In this document: positions 28,319 to 39,530 of the stretch, piece by piece
Position numbering within the stretch: the first letter of the stretch is position 1
Layout of the letters: every line of letters begins with the position of its first letter
From: Vicinamibacterales bacterium
GTDB lineage: Bacteria; Acidobacteriota; Vicinamibacteria; Vicinamibacterales; UBA8438
DNA length: 64,000 nt
NCBI GenBank assembly: GCA_965216615.1
Contig: CBDCGH010000022.1
Span: 1 to 64,000, forward strand
Direction of reading: 5' to 3'
Program-made: the position numbers and the translations under genes
Notes under the pieces: model-generated
What the model saw: only the letters and a program-made list of their open reading frames with translations
Database searches by the model: none
What the model was told of the DNA's origin: nothing

Positions 28319-30487
28319 ATGGCGGACCGGATCCAGGCGGGAGAGCTCCAAGTCGACCCGGAGCTGTACGACTTCATCAACAAGGAGGCGCTGCCGGGCA
28401 CCGGCGTAACCGAGGAGGCATTCTGGTCCGGTCTCGATCGGGCGATTCACGACCTTGCTCCGCGGAACCGCGAACTGCTGGCCAAACGCGAGAGCCTCCA
28501 GACAAAAATCGATTCGTGGTATCAGGAGAACCGCGATCAGCCGATCGACCTCGACGAGTACAAAGCTGTCCTTCGAGAAATCGGCTATCTGGTCCCCGAG
28601 GGCGACGACTTCACGGTGCGCACGGCGAATGTCGACCCCGAGATCTCCACCATCGCTGGACCACAGCTCGTCGTGCCGGTCACCAATGCCCGCTATGCGC
28701 TCAACGCGGCCAACGCACGCTGGGGCAGCCTCTATGACGCGCTCTACGGCACCGATGCCATTCCCGAAGACGACGGGGCGGAGCGGCGCGACGCCTATAA
28801 CCCGGTTCGCGGCGCGCGGGTCATCGCCTTCGCCAGAGACGTCCTCGACACGGCTGCGCCGCTCGACAACGGCCACCATGGTGACGCGACAGCATATGCG
28901 GTGGTGGACGGCGCGCTGTCGGTGACCCTGCGAGACGGTAGCGTCACGGGTCTGGGTGATCCGTCGAAGTTCGTCGGGTATCGTGGCGACCCTGCCGCGC
29001 CGTCCGCCGTGCTGCTGCGCAACCATGGCCTCCATCTGGAGATCGACATCGACCGGACCCACCCGGTCGGGCGAGACGACGCCGCCGGGGTGAAGGACAT
29101 CGTGCTCGAAGCGGCGACGACCACCATCGTGGACCTCGAAGACTCGGTGTCGACGGTCGACGCGGAAGACAAGGTCGTGGCCTACCGCAACTGGCTGGGT
29201 CTGAACCGAGGCAATCTCACCGCCAGCTTCGACAAGGGCGGGCGCACGGTCGACCGCGCCATGAACGTTCCGCATGTCTACACCGCACCCGATGGTTCGG
29301 AGGTCACCCTGCCTGGCATCAGCCTGATGTTGATCCGCAACGTGGGTCACCTGATGACGAACCCGGCGGTCTTGGACAAGGACGGCAACGAAACGCCCGA
29401 AGGCATTCTCGACGCCATGATTTCGTCGATGATTGCCATACATGATCTGCAGAGTCGCAAGAACAGCCGCGCCGGCTCGGTCTACATCGTCAAGCCGAAA
29501 ATGCACGGGCCAGAGGAGGTGGCGTTCACCGACCAGCTGCTGGGACAGGTCGAGGATTGCCTCGGCCTCGACCGCTACACGCTCAAGATCGGGATCATGG
29601 ATGAGGAGCGGCGGACCACGGTGAACTTGAAGGAGTGCGTGCGTGCCGCCCAGGACCGTGTCTTCTTCATCAACACCGGTTTCCTCGATCGCACGGGCGA
29701 CGAGATGCACACCGCCATGGAAGCGGGTCCGATGATCCGGAAGGCGGACATGAAGAAGTCCGATTGGATGGTGACCTACGAGGACTGGAACGTCGACGTT
29801 GGACTCGAGTGTGGGCTGCCTGGTCACGCGCAGATCGGCAAAGGGATGTGGGCGATGCCCGACCTGATGGCCGACATGCTCGCCGCGAAGGTCGGACATC
29901 CGCAAGCCGGCGCCAACACCGCGTGGGTGCCGTCGCCCACGGCCGCGACCCTCCACGCGACGCACTATCACCAGGTCAACGTCGCGACGCGGCAGGCCGA
30001 GCTGCGGTCGCGACCCAAGGCTGACCTCGACAAGATTCTGACGATTCCGCGGGCCGAGCACCCGAGCTGGTCACCAGAGGAGGTTCAGCAGGAGCTGGAC
30101 AACAACGCGCAGGGCATCCTGGGCTACGTGGTGCGCTGGATCGACCAGGGGGTGGGATGCTCCAAGGTGCCGGACATTCATGACGTGGGTCTGATGGAGG
30201 ACCGCGCGACGCTGCGCATCTCGAGCCAGCACATCGCGAACTGGCTCCACCACGGTGTGTGCACCGAAGCGCAGGTGCGCGAGACGCTGCGGCGGATGGC
30301 GGCGGTCGTCGACCGCCAGAACGCCGGCGATCCGAAATACCGCCCAATGGCGCCCAACTTCGACGACAGCGTCGCCTTCCAGGCTGCCTGTGACCTCGTG
30401 TTCAAGGGCCGACAGCAGCCAAGTGGCTACACCGAGCCGATTCTGCACGCACGGCGCCGGGAGGCCAAGGCGAAGTTCGGAAATTAA
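28319..30487 (+). CDS. glcB: Malate synthase G
   Basis: 722 aa, colinear with GlcB (e.g. [25 protein letters not shown]-like region and [12 protein letters not shown]). Confidence 0.95.
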   Translation: MADRIQAGELQVDPELYDFINKEALPGTGVTEEAFWSGLDRAIHDLAPRNRELLAKRESLQTKIDSWYQENRDQPIDLDEYKAVLREIGYLVPEGDDFTVRTANVDPEISTIAGPQLVVPVTNARYALNAANARWGSLYDALYGTDAIPEDDGAERRDAYNPVRGARVIAFARDVLDTAAPLDNGHHGDATAYAVVDGALSVTLRDGSVTGLGDPSKFVGYRGDPAAPSAVLLRNHGLHLEIDIDRTHPVGRDDAAGVKDIVLEAATTTIVDLEDSVSTVDAEDKVVAYRNWLGLNRGNLTASFDKGGRTVDRAMNVPHVYTAPDGSEVTLPGISLMLIRNVGHLMTNPAVLDKDGNETPEGILDAMISSMIAIHDLQSRKNSRAGSVYIVKPKMHGPEEVAFTDQLLGQVEDCLGLDRYTLKIGIMDEERRTTVNLKECVRAAQDRVFFINTGFLDRTGDEMHTAMEAGPMIRKADMKKSDWMVTYEDWNVDVGLECGLPGHAQIGKGMWAMPDLMADMLAAKVGHPQAGANTAWVPSPTAATLHATHYHQVNVATRQAELRSRPKADLDKILTIPRAEHPSWSPEEVQQELDNNAQGILGYVVRWIDQGVGCSKVPDIHDVGLMEDRATLRISSQHIANWLHHGVCTEAQVRETLRRMAAVVDRQNAGDPKYRPMAPNFDDSVAFQAACDLVFKGRQQPSGYTEPILHARRREAKAKFGN

Positions 30488-32817
30488 TCAAGCACGTCGA
30501 AGAGATAGCTGAACTTCAGAATCACGCTCCGTCCGGCGCCGGACGGCACGAAGCTGCCGATGCCCTCGGTCTCGTTGTAGACAAAGAACAGGCCTGTGTT
30601 GGCATCCCGCAGCCAGCCGACGCGAAAGTTGACGGACCACAGGTCGGCGCTGTCGTTGTGTTGCAGCAACGACTGTGCGAATAGCCGCGGCGAGAAGTTG
30701 TAAGCGGCGCGCACGCTCGTCAAGTTCGTGATGACGCTTCCATGCGGCAGGTCGATGTCGTTCCGGCTATAGCTCAGCGACAGGTTGAACGTCTCGCCCT
30801 TGCGCGCGCTAACAGACGGGCGCAGCGTGACGATGTCACCGCCGAAGAATCCGCCGACCGCGGCTCGAACGCCGAAGCTAATCGGAGCCGACCGGTTGTA
30901 GGTGAACGAATAGGTGCTTTCGTTGAAGTCGTAGCGGCCCGGCGGTACGGGGACGCCCGACACGTCGAATCCGGTGAAGACCGTCTCGCTCCGAACGTTG
31001 TAGGCCACACCGGCCGACGAGCTGTCCTCGAATTCGCCGTCGTAATGCATGTGGAGATACGAGGTCTCCATGATGCCGTCGAAGTTCCAGAAGCGCGTGA
31101 AGCTCACGTGCGGCGTTAGCTCCTGATACTTGAGGAACCCGTTTGGCCGCGATGTGTTGCTGATCCCCACGTCGTACTTCCGGAATCCGGTCCGCCGGAC
31201 GAAGCCGACTTCCGGGTTGAAGTCCTCGCCGTTTTCCTGATACCCGCTGATGAGACGCCAGCGTTCCGTGCTGTAGGTGCCCGAGACGCTCAGGGCGTGA
31301 TCGCGACCGTCGAGGTCGGGGGTCTCCGTTCGACCGACGAAGCCCTGTACGATGCCGTTCTGGCCGATGCTCCATCGGCCGTCCACGGCGTATGTGCGGT
31401 TGTAGTCGTCACCCTGTGCGTGGCGGCCGGACGCCTGGCGGTTGACGAAGAGGCCGCCGACGCTCGACCGGTTGGGTAGGTCGCGGCGTAGGCGGGCGAC
31501 GGTATAGTTGTTGGCCGGTGCTATCCCACCGACCTCCTCCGTTTGCATATTGATGAAGCCGACCGTCACTGTATCGGACACCTTGCCTGACAGACGCGCA
31601 CCCGCCAGGATCGGAATCTGTTCTTCCGTGTCGCTGATCCCGATCCGCCGACTGAAAAAGAGCGCCGTTTGCCCGAGGTTTCTGCCGCTGGCTGGGCCCG
31701 AGTTGTTCACCGTGAACGCCCCGGCATTTTCGAGGAAGAATGGTCGCTTTTCCGGAAAGAACAAGTTGAACCGGTCGAGGTTGATCTGCTCGTCGTCGAC
31801 TTCGACCTGCGCGAAGTCGGTGTTGTAGGTGGCATCGAGGGTGAGGCCCGACGTCACGCTGTACTTGAGGTCGGCCCCAACCTCGCCAAGCGCCAGCTGA
31901 CCTCGGTCGGTTGTCGCGTCGCGTGTGACCATCTCACCGATTGCGTACGGCGTCAGCTGCAGATTGCGAGTCGCGCCGATCGGCGCAATCACGCCCGCCA
32001 GCTGTCCGGCCATCGATACGCGGTAGAGGTTGTACTGACGCGGCAAGGGTGCCCAGTACGCCCTTTCGTTTCGACGCCGGATGTTCCGCTGGAAATTCAC
32101 GCCCCACGACTGGTCCTCTCGCGGGGGGTAGCGGATGGTCCGGAACGGAATGGCGAACTCGGCACTCCAGCCAAGCTCTGAGATCTCCGTTCGAACCCGC
32201 CACGCTCCATCCCAGTTGAGATTGAAGCCGCCGCCGCTTCCCCGGGTGAACCCGCCGCCACCGCCACCGCTGAAAGTGCCGCCACGACCGGCGCCTTCGT
32301 TGATCACCTGGCCGTCGTACTCCTGGCCGGCGGGCGTCGTGCCGAAGACGAAGGCGTTCTGGCGGTCGCTGAAGGTATCGAGGACCATCTGAAAGCTGTC
32401 GCCGTTGTTCATCGAGGAGTCCCGACGACTATCACTCACGATGATCGACGACGGATCTCGATCGTAGCAGACGACACCAACGTAGACGGTATCTGCCGTG
32501 ACCAGGACGCGGACCTCCGTTCGCTCGGTGGCCGGTTGACCCTCCTCGGGGGCGCTCTGGCGGAACCCGCTGACCGGCACCGCCGCAGCCCAGACCGGAT
32601 CACCCAGCACGTTGCCGTCGATCGTCGGCGCGTCCTCAGACGAGACGGCGTTCGCGATCTTGGTGAACGCCGGTACGACGGACTCGACCGCAGACTGGCT
32701 CTGCGACTGGGCGAGGGCGGGAGCCGAGCCCACGAGGAGCACGGAGATCGACGACAGGGCGACGGTCGTGCAGAAAAAAAATCGCGGACGCCACAGCTGC
32801 AGCGCCCGCGATCTCAA
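30484..32817 (-). CDS. CBM9-like plus DUF5916 outer-membrane/secreted protein
   Basis: N-terminal CBM9-like module ([31 protein letters not shown]...VYVGVVCYD) followed by a large beta-rich domain. Proposed TTG start at 32817 gives the signal peptide [36 protein letters not shown]. The start could instead be the TTG at 32889. Confidence 0.68.
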   Translation of the reverse strand: MRSRALQLWRPRFFFCTTVALSSISVLLVGSAPALAQSQSQSAVESVVPAFTKIANAVSSEDAPTIDGNVLGDPVWAAAVPVSGFRQSAPEEGQPATERTEVRVLVTADTVYVGVVCYDRDPSSIIVSDSRRDSSMNNGDSFQMVLDTFSDRQNAFVFGTTPAGQEYDGQVINEGAGRGGTFSGGGGGGFTRGSGGGFNLNWDGAWRVRTEISELGWSAEFAIPFRTIRYPPREDQSWGVNFQRNIRRRNERAYWAPLPRQYNLYRVSMAGQLAGVIAPIGATRNLQLTPYAIGEMVTRDATTDRGQLALGEVGADLKYSVTSGLTLDATYNTDFAQVEVDDEQINLDRFNLFFPEKRPFFLENAGAFTVNNSGPASGRNLGQTALFFSRRIGISDTEEQIPILAGARLSGKVSDTVTVGFINMQTEEVGGIAPANNYTVARLRRDLPNRSSVGGLFVNRQASGRHAQGDDYNRTYAVDGRWSIGQNGIVQGFVGRTETPDLDGRDHALSVSGTYSTERWRLISGYQENGEDFNPEVGFVRRTGFRKYDVGISNTSRPNGFLKYQELTPHVSFTRFWNFDGIMETSYLHMHYDGEFEDSSSAGVAYNVRSETVFTGFDVSGVPVPPGRYDFNESTYSFTYNRSAPISFGVRAAVGGFFGGDIVTLRPSVSARKGETFNLSLSYSRNDIDLPHGSVITNLTSVRAAYNFSPRLFAQSLLQHNDSADLWSVNFRVGWLRDANTGLFFVYNETEGIGSFVPSGAGRSVILKFSYLFDVLD

Positions 32818-32837
32818 TGCGACTCGCGCGGCCGAGG

Positions 32838-34358
32838 TCAGGACCAGGTCCCGACCTTCGCGCCCTTGAGGTCCGACTCGTTGAACCAATGGCTCGTCAC
32901 GGACTTGGTTTCGGTGAAGAAGGCGATGCCATCCTCGCCCATGCAGTGGAGGTCGCCGTAGAAGCTGTTCTTGTGCCCGCTGAACGGGAAGGTCGACATG
33001 GGAACTGGAATTCCCACATTGATGCCTACCATTCCAGCGTCACTCCGACGGCTGAACTCGCGCGCATACTTCCCGTTCATCGTGAAGATCGCCGAGCCGT
33101 TTGCGAACTCACTGGCGTTCATCTCCTGAAGGCCCTCTTCGAAGTTCTTCACGCGTTTGATGGAGAGGACCGGGCCAAAGATCTCGTCGATTCCAATCCG
33201 CATGCTGGGCGTCACGTTGTCGAACACGGTTGGCCCCATGAAATAGCCGCCTTCGTAACCTGGCACGTTGGCATCGCGACCATCGAGGACCAGCTCGCCG
33301 CCCTCCTTGGCGCCTGTCTCTACCCAGCCGTGCACCGACTTCCGGTGGTCAGCGGTCACCAGCGGGCCGAGGTCCGTCTCCTCTTTCCATGCGGGGCCCA
33401 TCTTCAACTGCTTCGCCAGATCGACGACGGCACCAACCAGTTCGTCGGCAATCTCTTCTTCAACGCAGATGGCGGGAAGCGCCATGCAGCGCTCACCTGC
33501 ACAGCCAAACGCGGAGTTGATGATGCGCTGGGCCGTCGCCAGTATCGGAGCATCCTTGAGCACCAGCGCGTGGTTCTTGGCCTCGGTGAGAGATTGGACG
33601 CGCTTACCTTCTGCACACGCGGTCTTGTAGACGTGGAGACCCACCTTCTTCGAGCCCACCAGCGTTACGCCTTTGACCATCGGGTGCCGAAGCAGGGGCT
33701 CCGACTCGTCGCGCGAAGCGGTCACCAGGTTCATGACGCCGTCGGGAAGGCCAGCTTCGCTCAACAACTCGACCATGCGCATGGCCGTCTGCGGAACGAG
33801 GCTCGCCGCTTTCAACACGTAGGTGTTGCCGGTGGTGATCGCCAGCGGAGCCATCCATCCCATGGGAATCATCGCCGGGAAGTTGAAGGGCGCGATACCG
33901 ACGAATACCCCCAACGGTTCCCGGTAGCTGACGGTGTCAAAACCCGTCGACGTGTTCATGGTGCTGCGTCCCTGCATGGTCACCGGAACCGCGCAGGCCA
34001 GCTCCACGACCTCGATGGCCTTAGAGACATCGCCGAGAGCCTCCGCCAGGGTCTTTCCCATTTCGGTGGCAAGCAGCGTGGCGAGCTCGTCCTTGTGCTG
34101 ATCGAGCAGACCCTTGTAGCGAAACATCACCTGAACACGCTTGCTCACGGGCGTGTCCCGCCAAGCGGGGAACGCGGCCGCAGCAGCCTCCACGCAGGCG
34201 TTGACCTCTTCGAGGCTGCAACGTGGCGCCTCCGCCATGAGTTCACCCGTGCTGGAATTCGTCACGGGCATGTAGATACCGTTCTTTGAATCGTGCCAGG
34301 CACCGTCCATGAAGTACTTGAGTCTCTGAGGTGTCCAGCTACTGATTGCAACGCTCAT
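32838..34358 (-). CDS. mmsA: Methylmalonate-semialdehyde dehydrogenase (CoA-acylating)
   Basis: ALDH superfamily with MMSDH-specific blocks (catalytic CMAL, no catalytic Glu, C-terminal FTETKSVTSHW). ATG with a GGAGGTGA RBS. Confidence 0.9.
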   Translation of the reverse strand: MSVAISSWTPQRLKYFMDGAWHDSKNGIYMPVTNSSTGELMAEAPRCSLEEVNACVEAAAAAFPAWRDTPVSKRVQVMFRYKGLLDQHKDELATLLATEMGKTLAEALGDVSKAIEVVELACAVPVTMQGRSTMNTSTGFDTVSYREPLGVFVGIAPFNFPAMIPMGWMAPLAITTGNTYVLKAASLVPQTAMRMVELLSEAGLPDGVMNLVTASRDESEPLLRHPMVKGVTLVGSKKVGLHVYKTACAEGKRVQSLTEAKNHALVLKDAPILATAQRIINSAFGCAGERCMALPAICVEEEIADELVGAVVDLAKQLKMGPAWKEETDLGPLVTADHRKSVHGWVETGAKEGGELVLDGRDANVPGYEGGYFMGPTVFDNVTPSMRIGIDEIFGPVLSIKRVKNFEEGLQEMNASEFANGSAIFTMNGKYAREFSRRSDAGMVGINVGIPVPMSTFPFSGHKNSFYGDLHCMGEDGIAFFTETKSVTSHWFNESDLKGAKVGTWS

Positions 34359-34454
34359 CGCGTCACCTCCATCATCGTGACCGCTGCCGCAGCAAGGACC
34401 GCTGCTGTCGGCGTCCCAAACAACAACTTTACCAAACCGGTAGGCGGGTGGCTA

Positions 34455-35960
34455 CTAGCGCGCCGGGCTGAGCGTTCGCCACGCGCTGAGCGCCTTGGCG
34501 ATCTCGACACGCGCCGCGTGCGGCCGCTCCGGGTGGTGGTTGACGAAGTAGCAGAAGATCACCGGCTGGTCCGGTTCCACGTCCAGGATGCCGGCCAGCC
34601 CGACCGTGTGGCGGAGTGTTCCGGTCTTGGCGGCGACGGGCGGCAGGCGCGGCCACGCCGCCAGGGTGCCGGTCCCGCGGTCAGCGAGCGCGTCGATCAG
34701 GGTCCGTCCCCAGGGCTGCTGGAATACATGGGCAAGCACGCGGACCACCGTCGTGGGGGTCACCAGGTTGGATGACGAGAGGCCGGACCCGTCGCGAATC
34801 CAGAGACGCGCCTGCGCGTTGTCACCGACAAAGCCGATTCCGCCGCCGGGGTCAAGACTCGACGCGAAGTCGGACACGACGTCTACGCCATCCTTGAAGC
34901 GGCCGCTGCCCGCAACCTCACGGGACAGCGTCAGGGTCAGCATGTCGGCGTACCAGTTGTGGCTCTCGGTCAGGATGGTTTCGAGGAGATCCGCGAGTGG
35001 CCGCGACCGGAGCTCGGCCAGAGCGGCTCCTGCGCTCGAGTCCGTGTGGGCGCGCGATCCCAATCGCACGCCCCCCTCGACGGTGACGCCGGCATCGACG
35101 AGCGCCGTCCGAAGTCGGTGAGCCACCCGAAGCTCGGGGGCCGGGTCGCTGGCGGAGACCGCAAACGGACTTTCGCTGATTGGGTACTCACCGCGAAGCA
35201 GCAGGGTGGGGGTGCCCCACACCGGCACGAAGTCGAGCGTGCCCTTGCCGTGACGGTCTCGGCCGACGGTGACTGTGTGGTTGATCACGTCGATGCCATC
35301 GGGCGCTGTCGCGCGTGCCGGCTCTCCGACCGAATCGCCCGGTGCCACGCGAACGGTGATGGTCGCTTCATCCAGCGCGAGTGCCGCGGGTGGGGTGCCG
35401 TACCCAAAGGGCAAGTCGCCGAAGGACCGGTCGATTGGATGTCGGCGCCCTGGGAAGCGACTCGCGTCGACGACCACATCGCCGCTGATTCGAGTGACGC
35501 CCCCAGCACGAACCTGCCGTGCCAGGGTTGCCAGGGGTTCAAGCGCGCCGCCCTCAACGAGGTCCGCGCCCCATGTCGGGTCGGCGCCCGGCTCGATGAC
35601 CAGATCGCCGTCGAGGACTCCGCCGGTCGTCGCCCCCTGTGACGTCAGTCGGGTGAGCCACTGATACTCCGCACCGAGATGCTCGAGCGAGGCCGCGATG
35701 GTGATCACTTTGAGGACCGACGCTGGTACGAAGAACCCTCCAGCGTTCAGCTCGTCGATCACCTCGTGCCGGCCACCGTCGAGCAATCGAATGGCGAGGT
35801 AGCCACGGTGGGCGCCGTCGATGCCCCCCGGGCCCTGCGGGGCCTGGGCCTCCACGAGCGGGGCAGCCCCGATCAGGGTTGCCGTGAGGATGGCCGGAAG
35901 CAGCAGACGGGGCACGATCACTCTGAGTATCGGCCGCCAGGCACGCTTGGATAGAGGCAA
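34455..35960 (-). CDS. dacB: D-alanyl-D-alanine carboxypeptidase/endopeptidase (PBP4, S13 family)
   Basis: Signal peptide, then the SxxK motif (PASVLKV), SxN (ESHNWYADML-like) and KTG (AKTGTL) of peptidase S13. Confidence 0.82.
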   Translation of the reverse strand: MPLSKRAWRPILRVIVPRLLLPAILTATLIGAAPLVEAQAPQGPGGIDGAHRGYLAIRLLDGGRHEVIDELNAGGFFVPASVLKVITIAASLEHLGAEYQWLTRLTSQGATTGGVLDGDLVIEPGADPTWGADLVEGGALEPLATLARQVRAGGVTRISGDVVVDASRFPGRRHPIDRSFGDLPFGYGTPPAALALDEATITVRVAPGDSVGEPARATAPDGIDVINHTVTVGRDRHGKGTLDFVPVWGTPTLLLRGEYPISESPFAVSASDPAPELRVAHRLRTALVDAGVTVEGGVRLGSRAHTDSSAGAALAELRSRPLADLLETILTESHNWYADMLTLTLSREVAGSGRFKDGVDVVSDFASSLDPGGGIGFVGDNAQARLWIRDGSGLSSSNLVTPTTVVRVLAHVFQQPWGRTLIDALADRGTGTLAAWPRLPPVAAKTGTLRHTVGLAGILDVEPDQPVIFCYFVNHHPERPHAARVEIAKALSAWRTLSPAR

Positions 35961-35979
35961 GGACGCTACGAGTGCTGCC

Positions 35980-38052
35980 TCACGGCTCTACCGTAATCTC
36001 ACCGATCGCCCATCGATGATCCGTGCAGTGGTAGATGAACGTCCCGGGCTGATCGAACGTGACGTGGGCCCACGTCGCGCGCTCGAGGGTGCCGGTGGTC
36101 CAGCTGTCGTCGCGCGCCGTCACCGTGTGAGACATCTCGCCGTTGTTGAGGAAGCGTACGCGCGCGCCGACCTTGACCTTGGCTCGAACCGGGTTGAACG
36201 CGTGTTCGTCGAGCGCGTTCCGCCGGCCGCCCGTGGACCATGAAGGATTCTCGACGAGTGTCGCCGTTTCGATCTCACTGGCTTCGCGTGGGGGGGGGGC
36301 GGCCCAGCGCACCAGGTCGTCAAGAGCATCTAGATCTTCCACTTCTGGCGCAGGTATCGTGCCGTCGAGGGTGAACGTCCACAGCGCACGGCCAACTGGA
36401 ATGGCGATGTACTGTTTTCCACCGATCTCGTAGGTAGCGGCCGGGCCGGGTCGCAGCCGTACGCCTGCAGGACTGGCCTGAAACGCCCACACTCGATCAC
36501 CGGTCCGCGCATCATACGCCTCGAACCGACCGTCGGCTGACGCCCAGAACATCAAGCCGCCCGCAGTCGTGAGTGGACCGCTCATGGCGAGCTGCGCGCC
36601 ACGGAACTCTCGCTTCCAGGCCACGGCGCCGGTCCTCGTATCAACGGCGGCAAGAATGCCGGTCGATTCGGGGAGCCCGACTCGGAGGTATCCGCTCGCG
36701 CGGTTGTCCGAGATCCACGGATCCTCGAAGCGTCGAACGCGGCTGACATGCGCTCGGCCCTGTGCGTAGATGTATCCGGTCTGCGGACTGAAGGACATCG
36801 GCGTGACGCGCACCATCGGAATGGGCACGCTGGGTGCTACCACGATGTGCTGGTTCAACGACGGTGGCGTGTACACGCTGCAGTTGAGCTCGAACGGCGG
36901 CGGTACTTTGTCGCGCCAGTAGGAGCACCCCGGTAGAATGCTCTGGACGTTCACCGGGAAGGGTTGGGTCGGCGCCGTGTGCAGAAATGCATCTTGCGGC
37001 ACCGGCCGCTCTTCGATCGGCAGGAGCGGCTCGCCCGTCTCCCGATCGAGCAGAAAGAGATAGCCATCCGCCCGCATGGCGGCCACGGCCTTGCGGAGCT
37101 GCCCATCAACCTCCACCTCATACAACAACAGCGGCGTGGCGATGTCGGCGTCCCATACATCATGATGGACCACCTGATAGTGCCACCGCCGTTCGCCGGT
37201 CTCCATGTCGAGTGCAACAACCGAGGCGGTAAACAGGTTGTCCCCCTTCCGAATATCGCCGCCATACATCGGGACAGGATTGCCGGTTGGGAAGTAGACC
37301 ATACCCAGGTCGGGATCGACGGTCCCGCTGAGCCAGACGCCGCCGCCACCAAGCTTCCAAATCTCGCTGTCTTGCGGCCACGTGTCGTGGCCGAACTCAC
37401 CTGGAGGCGGGATCACGAAGAATGTCCACAGCTTTTCGCCGGTTGCCGCATCGAGGCCGATGATGCGCCCCTGCCCGCCGGAATCGCCGCTCGCCAGGCC
37501 CACGAACACTTTGCCTCGCGCGAATAGCGGCGCCGTGGTGACCATCTCGCCTATTCCCTGCGGAACGCTGCCAACCGGCTGAACCCAGACGAGCTCGCCG
37601 GTGTCTTGGCGAAGCGCCGCCACCTCCGCGCTCCGCAGCCCCACGAAGACGAGACGGCTACCAAGACCGACCCCCGGCCAGGACGGGGTCCTCCCCGCTT
37701 CGATATCGTCCGACTGCCACTGCCACTGCGTCTCGCCGCTCCTACCGTCGATCGCGAACACGCTGGCCCCGCCCGTGAGGTAGAGAACGCCGTCCTTGAC
37801 GACCGGGGTCGACCGCGACGACGCGCCGCCATCGAGCCGCGTCATCCAGGCCCCGCTGAGCCGGTCGACCGTTTCGATCGAGATGTCGGCAAGGGTCGAA
37901 TAGCGCGCGCTCGACCAGTTCCCACCCACGGAAGGCCAGTCCTGCGCGGGATAGCCTCCGCCACTATCAGCCTCTTGCCCGTACAGGCCTCCCGTCAGGG
38001 CAACGATTCCGGCTACGACCGCGGCAACGAATCCAGGCTGAAGTTTGCACAT
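35980..38052 (-). CDS. PQQ-dependent dehydrogenase (8-bladed quinoprotein propeller) with a fused C-terminal cupredoxin-like domain
   Basis: Signal peptide MCKLQPGFVAAVVAGIVALTGGLYG. Repeated W-motif propeller blades. The C-terminal ~90 aa (GARVRFLNNGEMSHTVT ... FIYHCTDHRWAIGEITVEP) has a plastocyanin/amicyanin-like His...Cys..His pattern. Confidence 0.82.
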   Translation of the reverse strand: MCKLQPGFVAAVVAGIVALTGGLYGQEADSGGGYPAQDWPSVGGNWSSARYSTLADISIETVDRLSGAWMTRLDGGASSRSTPVVKDGVLYLTGGASVFAIDGRSGETQWQWQSDDIEAGRTPSWPGVGLGSRLVFVGLRSAEVAALRQDTGELVWVQPVGSVPQGIGEMVTTAPLFARGKVFVGLASGDSGGQGRIIGLDAATGEKLWTFFVIPPPGEFGHDTWPQDSEIWKLGGGGVWLSGTVDPDLGMVYFPTGNPVPMYGGDIRKGDNLFTASVVALDMETGERRWHYQVVHHDVWDADIATPLLLYEVEVDGQLRKAVAAMRADGYLFLLDRETGEPLLPIEERPVPQDAFLHTAPTQPFPVNVQSILPGCSYWRDKVPPPFELNCSVYTPPSLNQHIVVAPSVPIPMVRVTPMSFSPQTGYIYAQGRAHVSRVRRFEDPWISDNRASGYLRVGLPESTGILAAVDTRTGAVAWKREFRGAQLAMSGPLTTAGGLMFWASADGRFEAYDARTGDRVWAFQASPAGVRLRPGPAATYEIGGKQYIAIPVGRALWTFTLDGTIPAPEVEDLDALDDLVRWAAPPPREASEIETATLVENPSWSTGGRRNALDEHAFNPVRAKVKVGARVRFLNNGEMSHTVTARDDSWTTGTLERATWAHVTFDQPGTFIYHCTDHRWAIGEITVEP

Positions 38053-38125
38053 ATCGATCCGACTCTCGGGGAGATCCCGAGCATTGTCAAGTCGCGCCAC
38101 ACACCGTGCTAATATGCGCGGCACT

Positions 38126-39499
38126 ATGGCATCACGGCTGAAAAGCAGCGTCATCCTTCTCATCATCGCCACCTTTGCCGCCTGCGGAGAGAGCCCGGCC
38201 CCGCCCATCGAGCCCGGGGGGCTGGCGATTGTCGGAGCCCAGTTGATCGACGGCACCGGTTCGGATCCGGTCGCCGACTCGGTCATCGTGATCCGCGATG
38301 GCCGCGTGCAGGCTGCTGGTCCCAGGGACACCACACCGGTGCCGGCCGGCGCGGAGGTCATCGATGCCGCCGGCAAGACGATCATTCCGGGTCTGATGAA
38401 CCTCCACACCCACTATCGCGGTGCAACGACAGAAGAGATCGAGCCCCAAATGAAGGCACAGCTCTACTACGGCGTGACGACCGCGCGAAGCATCGGCAGT
38501 GATGATCCGGAGGTCGTGCCCTTCTTGCTAGAAGCCAATGCCGGCATTCCCGGCTTGCCACGTCCGTACACGGCCGGGACCGGGTTTCAGGCTCCCAACG
38601 GCTTTCCACCGGGTCTCATGCGCAACCAGCCCGAGACGACTGAAGAGGCCCGCGAGCTGGTCCGCGGGTTGGCCGCGCAGGGCGTCCACTTCACCAAGAT
38701 GTGGATCACCGAGATGGCCGAGCCGGGTCGCATCATGACACCCGAGATGCGGACGGCCATCGTCGAGGAGTCAATCGCAAACGGTCTCGTTCCGGTGGCC
38801 CACATCGACGACGAGGCACACGGCCGACAGCTGATCGGGGCCGGTACGCGAGACTTCCTGCACACGACCGTGCTGACCTTCGGCCCAGGGGCGGGTGCGC
38901 CGGTGGACAATCCTAGGCCGTCGGACGAGTTCATCCAGATGTGTCTCGACAACGGCGTGTCCTTCACGCCAACACTGTCGATCATCCAGAACAACTGGCA
39001 CTTCGCGGAGCAGCCGGAGCTGCTGGACGATCCGGATCTGCGCGCCGTGCTCAACCCGACCGCGCTGGCCCGGTGGGATGACCCCGAGTCCCGGGCGCAG
39101 GTCGTCGAAGCCGAGGGCTTCGCCGACCGAAAAGCTGCGTTCCGCCAGGTGCTGGATTTCGTGAAGACGATGCATGAAGCGGGCGTGCAGATTGCGCTCG
39201 GCACCGACGCCGGAACCGCCAACGTGCCGATGGGGTGGGGGGTGCACCACGAGCTGGAGCTCTACGTCGAGGCGGGGTTGACCCCGATGGAGGCGATCGT
39301 CGCCGCGACGGCCACGAGTGCCGGGCGGATGCCCCCGGTTGGCGAGGCCGACTTCGGTACGCTCGAGGCCGGCAAGGTCGCCGACCTGGTCGTGCTCAAC
39401 GCCGATCCCTTGCTCGACATCCGGAACACGCTCGAGATCGATCAGGTCATGCGGCTTGGCGAATGGGTGGAGCGCGACGGCCTGCTATCGGCCCCATAG
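38126..39499 (+). CDS. Amidohydrolase-family metal-dependent hydrolase, lipoprotein
   Basis: Lipobox-type signal MASRLKSSVILLIIATFAAC. HxH motif NLHTHY, and the downstream His/Asp ligands of the amidohydrolase fold. The start could be 38114. Confidence 0.78.
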   Translation: MASRLKSSVILLIIATFAACGESPAPPIEPGGLAIVGAQLIDGTGSDPVADSVIVIRDGRVQAAGPRDTTPVPAGAEVIDAAGKTIIPGLMNLHTHYRGATTEEIEPQMKAQLYYGVTTARSIGSDDPEVVPFLLEANAGIPGLPRPYTAGTGFQAPNGFPPGLMRNQPETTEEARELVRGLAAQGVHFTKMWITEMAEPGRIMTPEMRTAIVEESIANGLVPVAHIDDEAHGRQLIGAGTRDFLHTTVLTFGPGAGAPVDNPRPSDEFIQMCLDNGVSFTPTLSIIQNNWHFAEQPELLDDPDLRAVLNPTALARWDDPESRAQVVEAEGFADRKAAFRQVLDFVKTMHEAGVQIALGTDAGTANVPMGWGVHHELELYVEAGLTPMEAIVAATATSAGRMPPVGEADFGTLEAGKVADLVVLNADPLLDIRNTLEIDQVMRLGEWVERDGLLSAP

Positions 39500-39530
39500 C
39501 GGGTGACCTGCGAGCGGACGCGATCTGGCG

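Noticed and set aside
27911-30061. 716-aa minus-strand ORF spanning the GH63 3' end and most of glcB
   Set aside because: It is antisense to two well-supported genes. Its composition is Arg/Gly/Pro/His-rich with no domain. It is a GC-driven open frame.
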